Source: Squalus acanthias (lineage: Eukaryota). From it: DNA of 64,000 nucleotides. Both the position numbers and the translations under genes were made by a program. Location: positions 434,001 through 498,000 of the forward strand of contig JASTWF010000042.1 in NCBI GenBank assembly GCA_030390025.1. Reading direction: 5' to 3'. The stretch's first letter is position 1, and the number at the start of each line of letters is the position of its first letter. The notes beneath the pieces were generated by a model that saw only the letters and a list, made by a program, of their open reading frames with translations, was not told the origin of the DNA and did not search any database. Positions 1 to 14,072 of this stretch are shown piece after piece.

Positions 1-1247
1 TAGGATTCAATCGGACGTGAAAAAGAGTATTGGAAAAGAGAGTGCTGAGAGGTAGAAAGGAGCAATAGAGAGAGAGAGAAGGCAACCGAGAAGAAACGTT
101 TAGGACTAAAATGAGAGAGAGCGAGCTACTGATATTTCGAGTAAAATTATAAGTAGGAGATGTGACTGGAATATGTTATTAGGTAGTTATCAGATTGGGT
201 GAGATTTTAATGTTGGACTCGCTCCCTGTGTTTATCCGTCAGGTCTGCAGTCTCCGTTCCTGAGTGTTGCATTTCCTTACTTTATGACTTGAGAAATAAA
301 CATAATTCAATTGTATTTAAAAATTAGTATCTGTGATGTAATGATTGTAACGAATTATTAGATTGCTGGATTTTGAAATCTGTCTATCAGCTGACTTCAA
401 TAATGAACGAGGTTGATGCAATTGATGTATTTTAATTTAAATTAGTGCTAATTGAATGTGCTGAGTAAATTAGTTGAACATAGTTTATAACCAGCGAACT
501 GTTCCCTTGCATCAATAACAACAGCATTAACAGTTGAATCTATTAATTGTGTTGTGTTATTGGGATCTACGAATTAGATTTCCTCTCAAACTCTGCTGCA
601 GTCTCTCCCTGTGAATCCCAGCCTCTCCTCCCTTGCATTGAATACTCTGTCTCCTCAACCGTTGCTTCAGTTTGTCGGCTTTCCCAACCCATCAGCTCCT
701 GACTCCCCGCCGGCTCTTACATGTCTTTTTCATTGTCTCCCTCCCAATCTCACTCACGGACTCGGCTTCCAGCTGCCTCTTACAATCCGATCCGGAGCCT
801 CAAACTCCCGCCGCGGCTCTCGGCTATTCCCGGTTAGTACCAGTTATCTTAACCCGGAGCAAAAAATCAAATGCACCTCCTCTGTCCTCCCACCTATACG
901 GCCTCGCTCTCACACCCGAATGTTTGGAGCCCAAATCCGGAGTTAAACATTTTGCTCCCCGCTCCCCAAAACCCTTCTCCCTTCCCTACCGGTACTGCGC
1001 CCTCACTCGGCGCTTCCAGTGGATCCGGTGCTCACTTTATTCACGTTCGGTGTCGAGTTCCCAATTCATTCTCGATAATTGCGTTGCAAACATTTCTCTG
1101 TTCGAAAGCGCTGCTCAGGTCCATGAATCAGTTTCCACCGTTCGAGGCAACAACAAAGCTGGAAATTTCAGCCCAGTAAAATCAAACTGCTGCTTTGGCT
1201 CCATGTCTGATCAGTAATTCCTCTGCTTCCTTTTCTCTCTCTTACAG

Positions 1248-2149
1248 TTAACTTGGTGGCGATTGTCATCCTGTCCCGAGGAAAGTGCGCTCTCTCAAAA
1301 TGTACCACTCGCTACCTGGTGGGAATGGCAGCGGCCGATCTCCTGGTAGTCATCTCTGATTGCATAATGAGGCGGATTTGTCTGATTTATTTCCCAAATT
1401 CATTCCTGAGAATTACTCCCTTGTGTAGTTTTATTATCTTGCTGATTTTTGGAACCACATAGATTTCTGTCTGGCTGACAGTCGCTTTCACATTTGATCG
1501 ATTTGTGGCCATTTGTTGTGAGAAGCTGAAAACAACATATTGCACCGAGAAAAAGGCGGCTGTGGTTATCCGAACATTAAGTGTGCTGAGCTGTTTAGAG
1601 TCTCTCCCCTGGTACTTTATCTCTGAACTTGACTATTCAATTGATAATGTTCCCTGGGGTTGTAAGGCTAAACAGAGCTTCATGACTTCCCCCGCATGGG
1701 CCGCATTTGAGTTGTTTCACCGCTTTTTAACCCCTTGTGTCTCGTTCTTTCTGATTTTGCTGCTCAATGCTCTGACAGTCAGACACATTTTAGCGGCCAG
1801 TAGAGTCCGCAGGGGACTCCGGGGCAGCAGCAATGGAGAGAATCAGGAGGACCCAGAGATGGAGAACCGAAAGAAATCCATTGTTTTGCTCTTCAGTATA
1901 ACCGGCAGTTTTATACTGTTATGGGTAACACAGGTTGTATTTTACATCTTCTAGCGAATTACAAAGGTATATCCTTCCTCCGTCACTCACTCTCTTTATG
2001 TCGCAGAACACACAGCAGCAATGCTTCAGCTTCTTAGTTCCTGCACAAACACGTGTATTTATGTCCTCACCCAGACTAAATTCAGAGAGGAACTGAAGAG
2101 CGCGGTGAAATACCCACTCAATTTAATTGTTAAATTAGTTAAATCATAG
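1248..2149 (+). pseudogene. GPR139/GPR142-like class A GPCR, large terminal exon with two in-frame stops
   Basis: A polypyrimidine tract and AG end at 1247, followed by one frame: (V)NLVAIVILSRGKCALSKCTTRYLVGMAAADLLV...SVWLTVAFTFDRFVAICC...ENRKKSIVLL...LLSSCTNTCIYVLTQTKFREELK. Premature TAG at 1460-1462 and 1952-1954; terminal TAG at 2147-2149. The first exon was not found. Confidence 0.85.
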
Positions 2150-2484
2150 AAAGAGCTGAAGGGTTTCAAGCACTGGAACTAAATCCCATTTCATACAGTA
2201 TTCCCTACGCTCGCCACTGGGCGAAAGGACATTGTATATTACTAGCCCTGAGCACTGAAATGTTCTTACATCTGACACTGAGATTATATTTTATAAATTA
2301 TCTGACCTATTGAGGCGGGACTCGCTCTGCAGGCGACACATGAATTATTTCTCAAGAAGACGGCACTAAAGAGCTCAGCTGGACTTCCGGTAAATGGCTG
2401 CCCTGCACCGAAAGCACATTTAGCAAACCCACCAATCACAGTCGCTGCTCTGGGCCTGATCAGAATGGAAGCACTGCACATAAT

Positions 2485-2720
2485 GGGAGAGACAGAAGGT
2501 CATAGATAGACAAAGAGTTAAATAGATCGATAGATAGATCGATAGATAGATAGGCAGATATATAGATAGAGAGATTGATATAGATAAATAGATTTTCGAG
2601 ATAGATTTTGGAGATAGATCGAGAGATAAATCGAGAGATAGATCGAGAGATAGATCGAGTGATAGATCGAGAGATAGATAGACAGATAGATAGACAGATA
2701 GACAGACAGAGATACAGACA
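2485..2720. repeat. (GATA/GACA)n microsatellite
   Basis: Direct tetranucleotide repeats. The overlapping ORFs are low-complexity artefacts. Confidence 0.9.
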
Positions 2721-3279
2721 TATCATTCGAAATGAGACACTGAGAGTCATGAACAGAGAGAAAATCAAAGCAGCGAGAATGAAATAGCGAATAGCGCAAT
2801 AGAAAGGAACAAGGAGAGAAATAGAAAGTGAAAGTGACCGAAGAATGTAAAGTGGAAGAGAAAAAAGGAAAGTTAACACGGTACAGTTAGAACGAGATAA
2901 AGAGACAGAAAGTAAGATATCTGGATCGAGACACAAATACAGACAATCAGAAATAAATATTTCCTGATCTACAAATGTAAAAAAATAATTAATGAACAGG
3001 GCATTTGTGCGTTGCCTCTAATATTAAAACTTATCAAACACTGTACACAATGAATAATTTATGAAGTATGCAGACGGTTATGTCAGCAAATGTGCTATTA
3101 AATATAACTATTTCATGCGTGTCTTAACAGAAGGAAATATTGAATTTAGATTGATTATAAATATCTAATTGCTTATTTTGTTTCTTTAAAATCAAATGTT
3201 CCACTCATACACAATAATTATGAATGCATATACTCTGTTTGGAAATTATTAAAGTTGATTGTACTTCAAATATAGAAAG

Positions 3280-4040
3280 GTGGAAGAAGACGAATGGAGA
3301 AATGAAGACGGAACGCAGAAAGAAAAGGACAGACAGGTGAGAGAGAAAAAAGCACAAAGAGAGAAATGGAGAGACAGACCAGAGAGAGAAGGTTAAACGG
3401 TGATAGAAGAGATATTTGTTTTGAGAGAGAGAGATAGTAGGTACATAGATAGAGAGAGAGACAGAGAGAGGGGCAGAGAGAAATGGAACATAAGAGAGGG
3501 ACAGAAGGAAAGATGATGACTTATAGAACGAGAGGTAATACTAGAAATAGAAATATATAGACAAAACAGAGAAACAGTACGAGAGACAAACAGGATAGTG
3601 CAGAATGACAGATGAAAAGCAAACAGAAAGAAGGCGAAACGAAGATGAGATACACACAGACATTCAGAGATAGAGGCAGACAGAGAGAAAGAACCACAGA
3701 CGGGATTGAAAGTCAAAAATACAGAGATAGACAGAGAGAGGAGAGAATGAGTTCGAGGGAGAGTAAGACAACTGGAAAGAGTGCGCAAGAAAGCAGAGAG
3801 ACAGAGAGAAGAAGCCATGCATCAAAATAGGGAGAGAAAGAGTGAATGCAAAGGGGGACACAACAATAAGTTAGAAATAATGAGATCGAGATATTGTGAC
3901 AGAAATTAAAAGAGGGTTTAAATAACAAGACAGAAAAAAACCACCCAGAATGAAGACACAGAAAGATAAATATATACACAGAGAGACAGAGAGAATAAGA
4001 GACACGCCGGGATAAAAGGAGACAGAAGGACGAGGCTCAG
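3280..4040. repeat. GA-rich low-complexity tract
   Basis: Degenerate (GA)n and GAGACA repeats. Confidence 0.8.
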
Positions 4041-4866
4041 AGTGAGATCAGTGCACAGAAAACTTGGAATAATTGAAAATAACTCAATTTAATTAGCCCG
4101 GAGTTTATGAGTGCGGACTAGCAGCAGATGGGCCAGTTGAGACAACAGACAGGACGTGATGTGAGGAAGGGCAGAGGATGGAAACAATTTGAGGGCGAGG
4201 GCGTCACTGACCACGTGTCAACCGCCCCACGGATGAAGCGAATACGGGCGGGGAGAGTGAAAGTATGTGAGTGACGGTGAAGCAAGTGCATACAAGATAC
4301 AACGGCTGTGCAGCATTTCGACAGGGCAGGCGTAGTGAAGGAACCACAGGTGTCGCAGGAAGGGTAGGGGATAGTGAGAAGATGAAGCCGGAATGAATGT
4401 GGATTGAAAGTGAGCAGCGGATCATCAGGCTTTCTCCATAGCTCGAGCCCAAATGCAGCCCGCAGCCGTTCCTGCAGCCTTTCATCGGCACAAGAAGCCA
4501 TACCACCCATCAGCTCCCATTTGAAAGTAGAAAAGAACAAATAAGAGGGACAATGAGGCAGAAAGGAAGGAAAAGGGAGAAAGAGAAAAAGGAACAGTAG
4601 TTATAGAAATAAAACTACAATACGAAGTCATCGGAGACAAGTAACGACTCACCACATGTACCACTAAGGGAGATGGACTTGTAACAATATAAAATCAAAG
4701 TGTTACTAGTCGATCTCATGTGGAATTACACACGGGGAATAATGACAAATATTTGGTCCTCAACTCAAAGCAACGCTAAGGTTTAGATAGCGGGGGATAA
4801 TTGAACCAAACCGTAGAGAGCTCATTTAATCTCAAATTTGAAATCGTATATTTTTCCTGTTTTTTA

Positions 4867-7800
4867 TAAGAACATAAGAACATATGAACATAAGAAATAA
4901 GAGCAGGAGTAAGCCATACGGCCTCTGGAGCCTGATCCACCATTCGATAAAATCATGGCTGATCATCGACCTCAACTCCACAATCCCGCCCGATCGCCAT
5001 ATCGCTTGATTCCCCTAAAGTCCAAAAATCTTTCTATCTCAGCCTTGAATATACTCAAAGACTCAGCATTCACAGACCTCTGGGGCAGAGAATTCCAAAG
5101 ACTCACAACCGTCTGAGTGAAGAATTTCATCATCATCTCAGTCTTAAATGGCTGACCCCTTATCCTGAGACTATGCCTCCTTGTTCTACACAATCCAGCC
5201 AGGGGAAATAACCTCCCAGCATCTATCCTGTCAATCCCCTTCAGAATATTGTATGTTTCAATGAGATCACCTCTCATTCTTCTAAATTCCAGAGGGTATA
5301 GGTCCATTCTACAAAAACCTTTTCATAGGACAGCCATCTCATCCCAGGAATCAATCTAGTGAACCTTCGTTGCACCGCCTCCAAGGCAAGTATTTCCTTC
5401 CTTCGATAAGGAGACCAGAACTGTGCACAGAACTCCAGGTGTGGTCTCACCAAGGCCCTGTACAATGGTAGCAAGACGTCATTACTCTTATCATGCCATT
5501 TGACTTCCTTATTGCTTGTTCTATCTGCATGCTAACTTTCTGCGTTTCTTGCACGAGGACACCCAAATCTCACTGAACACCAACATTTGGAAGCTCCTCT
5601 ATATTTAAAACATATTCGTTTTTTCTATTATTCCTTCCATAGGGAATAACCTCACATTTCCCGACATTATACTCCATCTGCCACCTTTCTGCCCACACAC
5701 TTTGTCTATCTATATCTCTTTGCAGAGTCTTTGTGTTCTCCTCACAGCTTACTGTCCCACCAACCTTTGTATCATCAGCAAACTTGGATACATTACATGC
5801 GGCATCTTCATCTAGGTCATTATTATAGATTGTAAATATCTGAGGCCCCAAAACTGATCATTGCGGTGCACCACTACTAACAGCCAGCCAAACTGAACAA
5901 GATCCAATTAACCCTAATCTCTGTTTTCTGTTCATTATAACCAATGCTCTCTCCATGCTACTATAATACCCCCAACCGCATGAGCCCTAATCTTGTGTAA
6001 TAACCTTTTATGTGGCAACTTATTGAAAGACTTTTGGAAATTCAAATAGAGTACATCCACTTTGTTCCCCTTTATCTACCCTGCTAGATACATCCTCAAA
6101 AAAATTTAATAAATTTGTCAAACATGATTTCTCTTTCATAAATCCATGTTGACTCTACCTAATCAAGTTATGATTTTCAAAGTGCCCTGATACCAATTCC
6201 TTAACAATGCATCCCAGCATTTTCCAGACGACAGATATCAGGCTAACTGGCCTGTAGTTCCCTATTCTTTATCTCCCTCCTTTCTTGTTACATTTGTGGC
6301 ATTCCAATTCGCTGGGACCATTCTGGAATCTAGGGATTATTGGAAGATCAGAATCAATGCACCCAACATCTCTTTAGCCAATTCTGTTGGAACCCTTGGA
6401 TGTAGGCCGTCTGGTCTAGGGGATTTATCGGCTTTTAGTCGCATTAATTTCTCTAGTAATTTCTCTCTAATTATATAAATTACGATAAGATCCTCACCGT
6501 CATTAGACCTGTGTTTCCCCAATTTTTTTGGTATGCTAATTGCGTCTTCTACTGTGAAGAAACTTAAATAATATTTATTTAACCTTTCCGCCATTTCCTT
6601 GTTCCCCATAATAATTTCTCATGTCTCAGACTCTAAGTGAAAAACGTTTAATTTTGCTACTCTCTTCATTTTTACATACTTGTGGAAGATCTTACAATCT
6701 GCTTTCATATTTCTTGCTGGTTTTCTCTCATATTCTATTTTAACCGTTTTAATAAATGTTTTGGTCAACCTTTGCTATTTTCAAAAATTCTCCCATCCCT
6801 CAGGCTTACTATTATTCTTTGCAAAATTAAAGACTTCTTCTTTCAATCTAATGCTATTCATAACTTCTTTAGTTTCCCACGGTTGGCTCACTTTTCCCTT
6901 AGAGCTTTTTTTTCTCAATGGAATGTATTTTTTTGTTGAGAATTATGAAATATGCATTAAATGTTAGCCACTGCTTTTCTACCGCTATGCATTTTAATCT
7001 ATTTTTCCAATCTACCTTAGCCAATTCGCCACATATCGATATAATTGGCTTTATTTATGTTTAAGACTCTAGTTTCGCACTTAGGCAAATCACTCTCAGA
7101 ATTAACGTGAAATTCTGTCATATTATGATCTCTCTGCCACAGAGGATCTTTTACTATGAGATTGCTAATTAATCCTGTCTCATTTCACAATACAAGATCT
7201 ACAATAGCCTGTTCCCTGGTTGGTTCCATGACATATTTTTCTGAGAAAATGTCCCGAAGGCATCCATGAACATGTCCTCTAGACTGCCTTTGCCTATTTG
7301 AGTTGTCCATTCTATATGAACATTAAAGTCTCCCAATATTATTGCATTACCTTTTTTGCAAGCTCCTGCTATTTCTTGAACAATATTCTGTCCAACGGTA
7401 TATCTACTTTTAAGGGGGCCGATATACTACTCTTACCATTTTTTTCTGCCCCTTGATATTCCTTATCTCCTCCCATACTGATTCTACTTCCTGATCTTCC
7501 GAGCCGAGTTCCTTTCTCGGTACTGTCCTTATGGCATCATTTATTATCATGGATTCTCCCCCTCCTTTTCCATTCAGCCGGTCTCTTCGAAACTTCAAGT
7601 AACCTAGAACATTTTGTTCCCAACCTTGGCCACCTTGCAACCACCTCTCTGCAATGGCTATTAGATCGAACCCATTTATTTCTATATGTGTCATTAGTTC
7701 GTCTATCTTGTTACGAATGTTTCGTGCATTCAGTAAAGAGCCTTTAATTTTTTTTTAAACATAGCATTATTGCCTGCTTTGACCTTATTCTCTGCTGCAC

Positions 7801-8100
7801 AGCTACCGTTTAACTCTTTGTCGCTTCCTGTCACGCTCTGCTTATTTTTACCCTCATCGCTGCACTGTTCTACTTCCTTGAGCTTTCTCTTTAGATTTAT
7901 AAATTGCTCCTCATCTGACTCGTCCCCCACATTTTAATGTAAAGCCCTATCTACTGCCCTAGCTATTCGATTCACCAGGACGCTGGTACCAGCACGTTTT
8001 AACTGGAGCCCGTCCCGAGAGAAGTGCTCCCTTTTTCCGCAGTACTGGTGCTAGTGCCCCATGAATTGAAACTCATTTTTCCCCACACCACTCTTAAATA
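4867..8100 (-). mobile_element. CR1-clade LINE, decayed ORF2 (endonuclease and RT) with 3' tail
   Basis: Minus-strand ORF pieces: IAIAERWL and VVYRPP (endonuclease), KSPRPDGLHPRV, SKFADDTK (RT), RPHLEFCAQFW. (AAGAACAT)n tail at ~4867-4900. Confidence 0.9.
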
Positions 8101-8314
8101 ACACATTGACTTCATATCATTATCTGTTGATACATAATACAAAAACTTACAGCAGTTTAGGAAGCAAACAAATAGATTTGAGGGGAGGACAGTCATTGCT
8201 CTGCTGTGCAGGCTGTGGAGATGCTGGCGGATAAACTGAGGCGCAACAGTGCCACCACTGGTGGGAGGGTGCAATTACAGCGTGAACAATTATCATAGAC
8301 ATTTTCCTCAATAA

Positions 8315-9268
8315 ATCATAGAATCGTAGAAGGATACAGCACAGAAGGAGGTCTATCGGTCCATCGTGGCTGTGCTGGCAATTTGGGACAGCTATCCAAT
8401 TAATCCCACCCCCCAGCTGTTTCCACATATTTTTGTTTCTTTCCCCTTCAAGTATTTATTCAGTTCTCCTTTGAAAGTTACTATTGAATCTGCTTCCACC
8501 GCCCTTTCAGGTAACGCATTCCAGATCACAACAGCTCGCTGTGCAGAACAATATTTCCTCCTGTCGCCTTTGGATCTTATGCAAATCAGCTTAAATCTGT
8601 GTCTTCTTGTTATGACACTTCTGCCAGTGGATACAGTTTATCTTTATTTACTTTCTCAAAAACACTGCATGATATTGGGCACTTCTATTTAATCTCCCCT
8701 TCAACTTCGCTGCAGAAGGAGAGAATCCCCAGCTTCTCCACATAACTGACGCCCCTCATCCATGATTCCATTCTAGTAAATCTCTTCTGCAAGACCTTGA
8801 CATCCTGCTTTAACATGTGGCCCCAAAATTGAACACAATGCTCCAGCTGGGGTTTAACCAGTGTTTTATACTGCTTTAGCATATCCTGCGTGCTTTTGAA
8901 TTGTATTCCTCTGTTAATAAAGCCAAAAATCTCATATCCATTATTAAAAATCTCCTCAACTTGTTCTGGCACCTTCAAAGATTTGTCTACATTCAACCAA
9001 AGTCTCTCTGTTGCTACAACCCCATTAGAATCGAACAATGTTGTTCATTTTGTGTCTCTTCATTCTGCGTACCAACATATTTCATATGGCTCTTCTCTGC
9101 GTTAAATTTCATCTGCCTTGTGTCTTCCCATTTCACTCGTCTGTCTATGTGTTTTCGAGGTCTGTTACTGTCCAACTCATTGTTGACTACATTTCCGAGT
9201 TTATTTTCATCTGGCAACGTTAACATTATGCCCTGCATTCCCAAGTCCAGGTCATTAATATATATTAA
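8315..9268 (-). mobile_element. CR1-clade LINE 3' fragment
   Basis: YKTLVKPQLEHCVQFW and QMKFNAEK motifs; ATCATAGAATC-type tail. Confidence 0.8.
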
Positions 9269-9514
9269 AAGTGTTGTTATAGGAATTTATAGTGGAAACA
9301 TTGAAAAAATGTGTGCGAAACATGTCAGTGCTGGAAGTAATGGTTTGTTTACAGTAAGTGAGTGCTTATGCAATGTTAACATATTAGAAGTCCATCTTCA
9401 CAAAGGGAACCAAACTGTAGCCTTGATGACGAAGGTGGGGTTTATTACGACAAGGATATGCAGACCTAATTAGCCCAATTTATGAAGTCAGGAATTCTGT
9501 TCAACTATAATACA

Positions 9515-10078
9515 ATCAACAACAACAACGCCTTGCATTTCTATAGCGTCTTTAACGTAATACAATTTCCAACGCGCTTCACAGGAGTATTAAATAATAA
9601 AAAAACGAATTCCGAGACACATAAGGAGAAAATAGGCTGGTGACCAAAAGCTTGGTCGAAGAGGTAGGTTTTAAGGAGCGTCTTAAAGAAGGAAAGAGAG
9701 GTAGCGAGGCGGAGAGGTTCAGGCAGTGAAATCCACAGCTTAGGGCCGAAGCAACAGCAGGCACGGACACCAAAGGTTGAGCGATTATAATCAGGGATGC
9801 TCAAGAGGGCAGAAGGAGATTACAGGAAGAGCGAGGCCATGGAGGGATTTGAAAACAAGGATGAGAAGTTTGAAATCGAGGCGATGCTATACCGGGCGCC
9901 ATTGTAAATCAGCGAGCACATGGGTGTTGAGTGAACGGGACTAAGTGCGAGTTAGGACACGGAGTTTTGAATCCCTCAAGTTAACGTAGGGTAGAATGTG
10001 GGAGACCACCCAGGAGTGCTTTGGAATAGTCAAGTCTAGAGCTAACAGAGGCACGGATGAGTGTTTCAGCAGCGGATG
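9515..10078 (-). mobile_element. L2-clade LINE 3' fragment
   Basis: SIPDYNRST..GPKLW.SLP..LR..SLSFFKTLLKTYLF C-terminal motif; tail seen as (CAA)n on the plus strand. Confidence 0.7.
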
Positions 10079-10133
10079 AACATAAGAACAGAAGAAAAAG
10101 GAGCAGGAGTAGTCCATTTGGCCCCTCGAGTCT

Positions 10134-10703
10134 GCACATCCTCCGCCCAGCCATCTTCCAGTTTATGCTGCTTCCTTCTCCGATGCTTATTTAATGAACT
10201 AAACCAGACGAGACTCAGTTCTCAACGCTGCCGGTTAAGATCGGTACATGAGAACATAAGAGGTAGGAGCAGGATTTGGGCATGCGGCCCTCGAGCCTGC
10301 TCCGTTATTCAATAACATCATGGTGATGTTCTAGCTCAATTCTAACGTCCCGCCCTATCCCCATATCCCTTGATTCCCTTCATGTACAAATCGATCTCGG
10401 TCTTGAATATACTCAACGACTGGGCATCCACAGAGCTCTGGGGTAGAGAATTACAAAGATTCACAACAGTTAGTGGGAAGACATTTCCCCCCCCCCCCGC
10501 CCCCTCTCAGTCCTAAATGACCGGCCGCTTATTCTGAAATTGTGACACTTAGTTCTAGACTTGCCAATCAGGGTAAACAGCCTCTCAGCACCCACCTTTC
10601 AAGCCCTGCAAGAAGGTATACGTTTTTCCTTCCTACAGTGTGCTGATTTACTTTCCCCACATAAAACAATGTTTAAGTGGGTGGATACATAGTAAGAAAT
10701 ACA
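10134..10703 (-). repeat. Inverted remnant of the tRNA-array unit (embedded CR1 3' piece plus both flanks, no tRNA)
   Basis: Reverse complement of array-unit sequence ~27530-28075. For example, GCCATCTTCCAGTTT...AATGAACTAAACCAGACGAG...AAGATCGGTACATGAGAAC. Confidence 0.75.
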
Positions 10704-10949
10704 TAAGAACGTAAGACTCTGCGGTGCAGATCATCAGATCCAGGGCAATTGCCAGCCTTTAGTCTCTTAGTCTCATTATTTTAAACTCCAGTGAGTATAG
10801 GCCCAACCTGCTCAACTTTTCATAAAAAGATAACCCCTTCATCCCAGGAATCAACCTAGTGAACCTTCTCTTAACTGTCGCTAATCCCACTATATCCCTC
10901 CTTAAATAAGACGGATAGATCGAGAAAGAGACATCTACTGCAGACGTCT

Positions 10950-13146
10950 TCGCTTGGACTACGATGATATGAGACGCGAGTTGGCTAGGATGGATTGGGG
11001 AGCGTTACTTAAATGGTGGATAGGCAATGGCAAACATTTAATGCTCGCATGGATGCACTACAGAATTTGTTCATCCCTGTTTGGCATAAAAATAAAACCA
11101 CAAAATGACTCAAACGTGGCTAACAATGGAAATTAGGGATTGCACAAGATCCAAGGAGAGGACATATAAATTGGCCAGAAAAAGCAGCAAACCTGAGGAT
11201 TGGGAACAGTTTAGGATTCAGCAAAGGAGGACAAAGTGATTAATTAAGAGAGGGAAAATAGAATATGACAGTAAGCGTGCTGGGAACATAAAAACTGACT
11301 GTAAAAGCTTCCCTAGATATGTGAAGAGAAAAAGATTGGTGAAGTCAAGCGCAGGTCTCTTGCAGTCAGAATCAGGGGAATTTATAATGGGGAACAAAGA
11401 AATGGCTGACGAATTAAATACATACTTTGTTTCTGTCTTCAAAAAGGAGGACACAAATAAACTCCCAGAATTGTTGGGGAACATAGGGTCGAATGAGAGG
11501 GAGGAATTGAAAGAAAACAGTATTTGTAGGGAAATGATGTTAGGGAAATTGACGGGATTGAAGGCCGATAAATCCCCAGGTCCTGATAATCTACATGCTA
11601 GGGTACTTAAGGAAGTGGACCTAGAAATAGTAGATGCATTGCTGGTTATCTTTCAAATTTCTATAGATTCTGCAACAGTTCCCATGGATTGGAGGGTAGC
11701 TAATGTAACCCCACTAATTAAACAAGGTGGTAGAGAAAAAATGGGGAATTATAGACCGGTAAGCCTGACTTCGGTAGTGGGCAAAATGCTAGACTCCTTT
11801 ATAAAAGATGTAATGGCAGAGCACTTGGAAAACAGTGACAGGATCGGACAAAGTCAACATGGAAATACAAAAGGGAAATCATGCCTGACTAATCTACTGA
11901 AATTTTTTGAGGATGTAACTGGTAGAATAGATAAGGGAGAAACAGTGGATGTAGTGTATTTGGATTTTCAGAAGGCTTTAGATTAGGTCCCACATAAGAG
12001 ATTAGCGTGCAAAGTTAAAGCACATTGTCTTGGGGGTATGGTACTGATTTGGATAGAAAACTGTTTGTCAGACATGAAGCAAAGAGTTGTAATAAACAGG
12101 TATTTTTTCCGAGTGGCAGGCAGTGACTTGTGGGGTACTAGAGTGATCGGTGCTAAGACCCCAGCTATTCACAATATATATTAATGATCCATACGAGGTA
12201 ACTAGATGTAATATCTATAACTTTACAGACGACACAAAGCTGGGTGGGCGTGTGTGCTGTGAGGAGGATGCAGAAAACTCCAATATGATTTGGACAGGTT
12301 GGGTGATTGGGCAGATGCATGGCAGATAGCGTATAATGTGGATAAATGCGAGGTTATCCACTTTGGTGGCAAAAACAGGAAGACAGATTAGTATCTGAAC
12401 GGCAATAGATTGGGAAAAGGGGAAGTGCAACGAGATGTGGGAGTCCTTGTGCACCAGTCGCTGAAGGTAAGCATGCAGGTGCAGCAGGCGGTTTAGAAGG
12501 AAAATGGTATGTTGGCCTTCATAGCGAGAGGATACGAGTACAGGAGCAAGGAAGTCTTTCTGCAGTGGTAAAATGCCTTGCTGAGACCACACCTTGAGTA
12601 TTGCGTGCAGGTTTGGTCGCCTTATCTGAAGAAGGGTGTTCTTGCCATGGCGGGACTGCAGCGAAGATTTAACAGACTGATACCTGGGATGACAGGAATG
12701 ACGTATGAAGAGAGATTGGGTCGATTAGAATTAAATTCGCTAGAGTTTCGAAGAATGAGAGGGGATCTCATTGAAACTTATAAAATTCTAACAGGACTAG
12801 ACAGACTAGATGCAGGAAGGATGTTCCCGATAGCGGGAGAGTCAAGAACCAGAGGTCACAGTCTAAGGATAAGGGGTAAGCCATTTAGGACTGAGATGAG
12901 GAGGAATTTCTTCAACCAGAGATTGGTGAACCAGTGGAATTCTCTACCACAGAAGGCAGTTGAGGCCAATTCATTAAATATATTCAAGAAGGAGATAAAT
13001 ATATTTCTTAAGGCTAAAGGGATCAAGGGATATGGGGAGAAATCAGGGACAGGGTACAGAATTTGGATGATCAGCCATGATCTCATTAAATGGCGGAGCA
13101 GGCTCGGGGGGCCGAATGGCCTACTCCTGTTCCTATCTTCTATGAA
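10950..13146 (+). mobile_element. CR1-clade LINE, 5'-truncated, disrupted ORF2
   Basis: ORFs 11321-11986 (KSPGPD, NYRPVSLTS, YLDFQKA) and 12578-13231 (RPHLEYCVQ, TRGHSL); 3' tail near 13146. Confidence 0.9.
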
Positions 13147-13147
13147 C

Positions 13148-13600
13148 AGTCTCGCTGCACTGAATTTCCCACATGTTGCAGTCCAGACACACAACCTGCT
13201 CTGCCATACCTTAGCCTATATTCATTTATAGATGAAACGTATCTATAGATTATTTTTAGCTTTATGGCTATTTAAATGATACCCTAACACCGAAACACAA
13301 TTTCTAACCACTAACAGCACTAACCAGCAATTTAAATACTAGCACTAATCAACAAAAGCACTGAACAATAAATGACTTATTTATAAATTACCCGTTTCAG
13401 TTTTTGAGTTTTTTCCTCCCTTTGTCTGGTGTCTGCTCTCTTCTCCCGATGGTCTCTGCTCCTGTCGACTTCATTTCGCAAGGTTTCTGCTCATCTTCCC
13501 TTTATTTAAAAAAAAATCAGCTGCAAAGAAGCAATCACGTCAGTGATTATGGATTGACCGCCCCACTCTCCCGAACGGAGATAATGGGCGACAGAAAAAT
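13148..13600 (-). mobile_element. 5' end of a CR1-like LINE (5'UTR and ORF1 zinc-finger start)
   Basis: Minus strand reads MAEQVVCLDCNMWEIQCSE from ~13207, resembling the ORF1 start of the CR1 at 57761. Confidence 0.5.
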
Positions 13601-14001
13601 CCATATGACCGGGAAGTCATGAGCTAAATTTAGAACAAAAAAATTTAGACACTTAGATTTACTATGCATTATTGGTGCTTATTGCTGCCTTGGAAGGAAG
13701 GAGAGCCTGGTGTAGGCCGCACTTAGCGGGCCAAAGTGCTTATTTTGTTAACAGATTACTGGGTTCGAATCCCAACAATGACCATTTGTTGCAATGACCA
13801 GGTGTATGTGATTGGCGTTCCTGAAACGCTCTGTTCGCTAATCTTCTCCTTTCCTGACACTCCATTTTGCAGAGCTTTGCTGCTACATTTGTGAATAAGC
13901 ATAAAGGATCCTTTTCCATTCTGATGAAAAATTGCTGCTCCAGTAGAAATTGTCACGGTTGCTGCTTGAAGTCATGAGAGGCTCAAGCGGCCTGCTGTGG
14001 A

Positions 14002-14072
14002 ACATTGGTGGTTCAGTGGTAGAAATCGCGCTTCCCATGCATAAGACACCGATTAGATTCCCAGCCAATGCA
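14002..14072 (+). pseudogene. tRNA-Gly(CCC)-like pseudogene
   Basis: ACATTGGTGGTTCAGTGGTAGAAATCGCGCTTCCCATGC...GATTCCCAGCCAATGCA matches the vertebrate tRNA-Gly body. The T-loop/B-box is mutated (ATTAGA). Confidence 0.75.

Noticed and set aside
611-1217. Overlapping ORFs upstream of the GPCR exon
   Set aside because: Pro/Ser-rich translations of C-rich, probably intronic sequence with non-ATG starts and no recognisable domain.
13715-13785. B-box-like GGGTTCGAATCCCA suggesting another tRNA relic
   Set aside because: No cloverleaf or isotype could be reconstructed.
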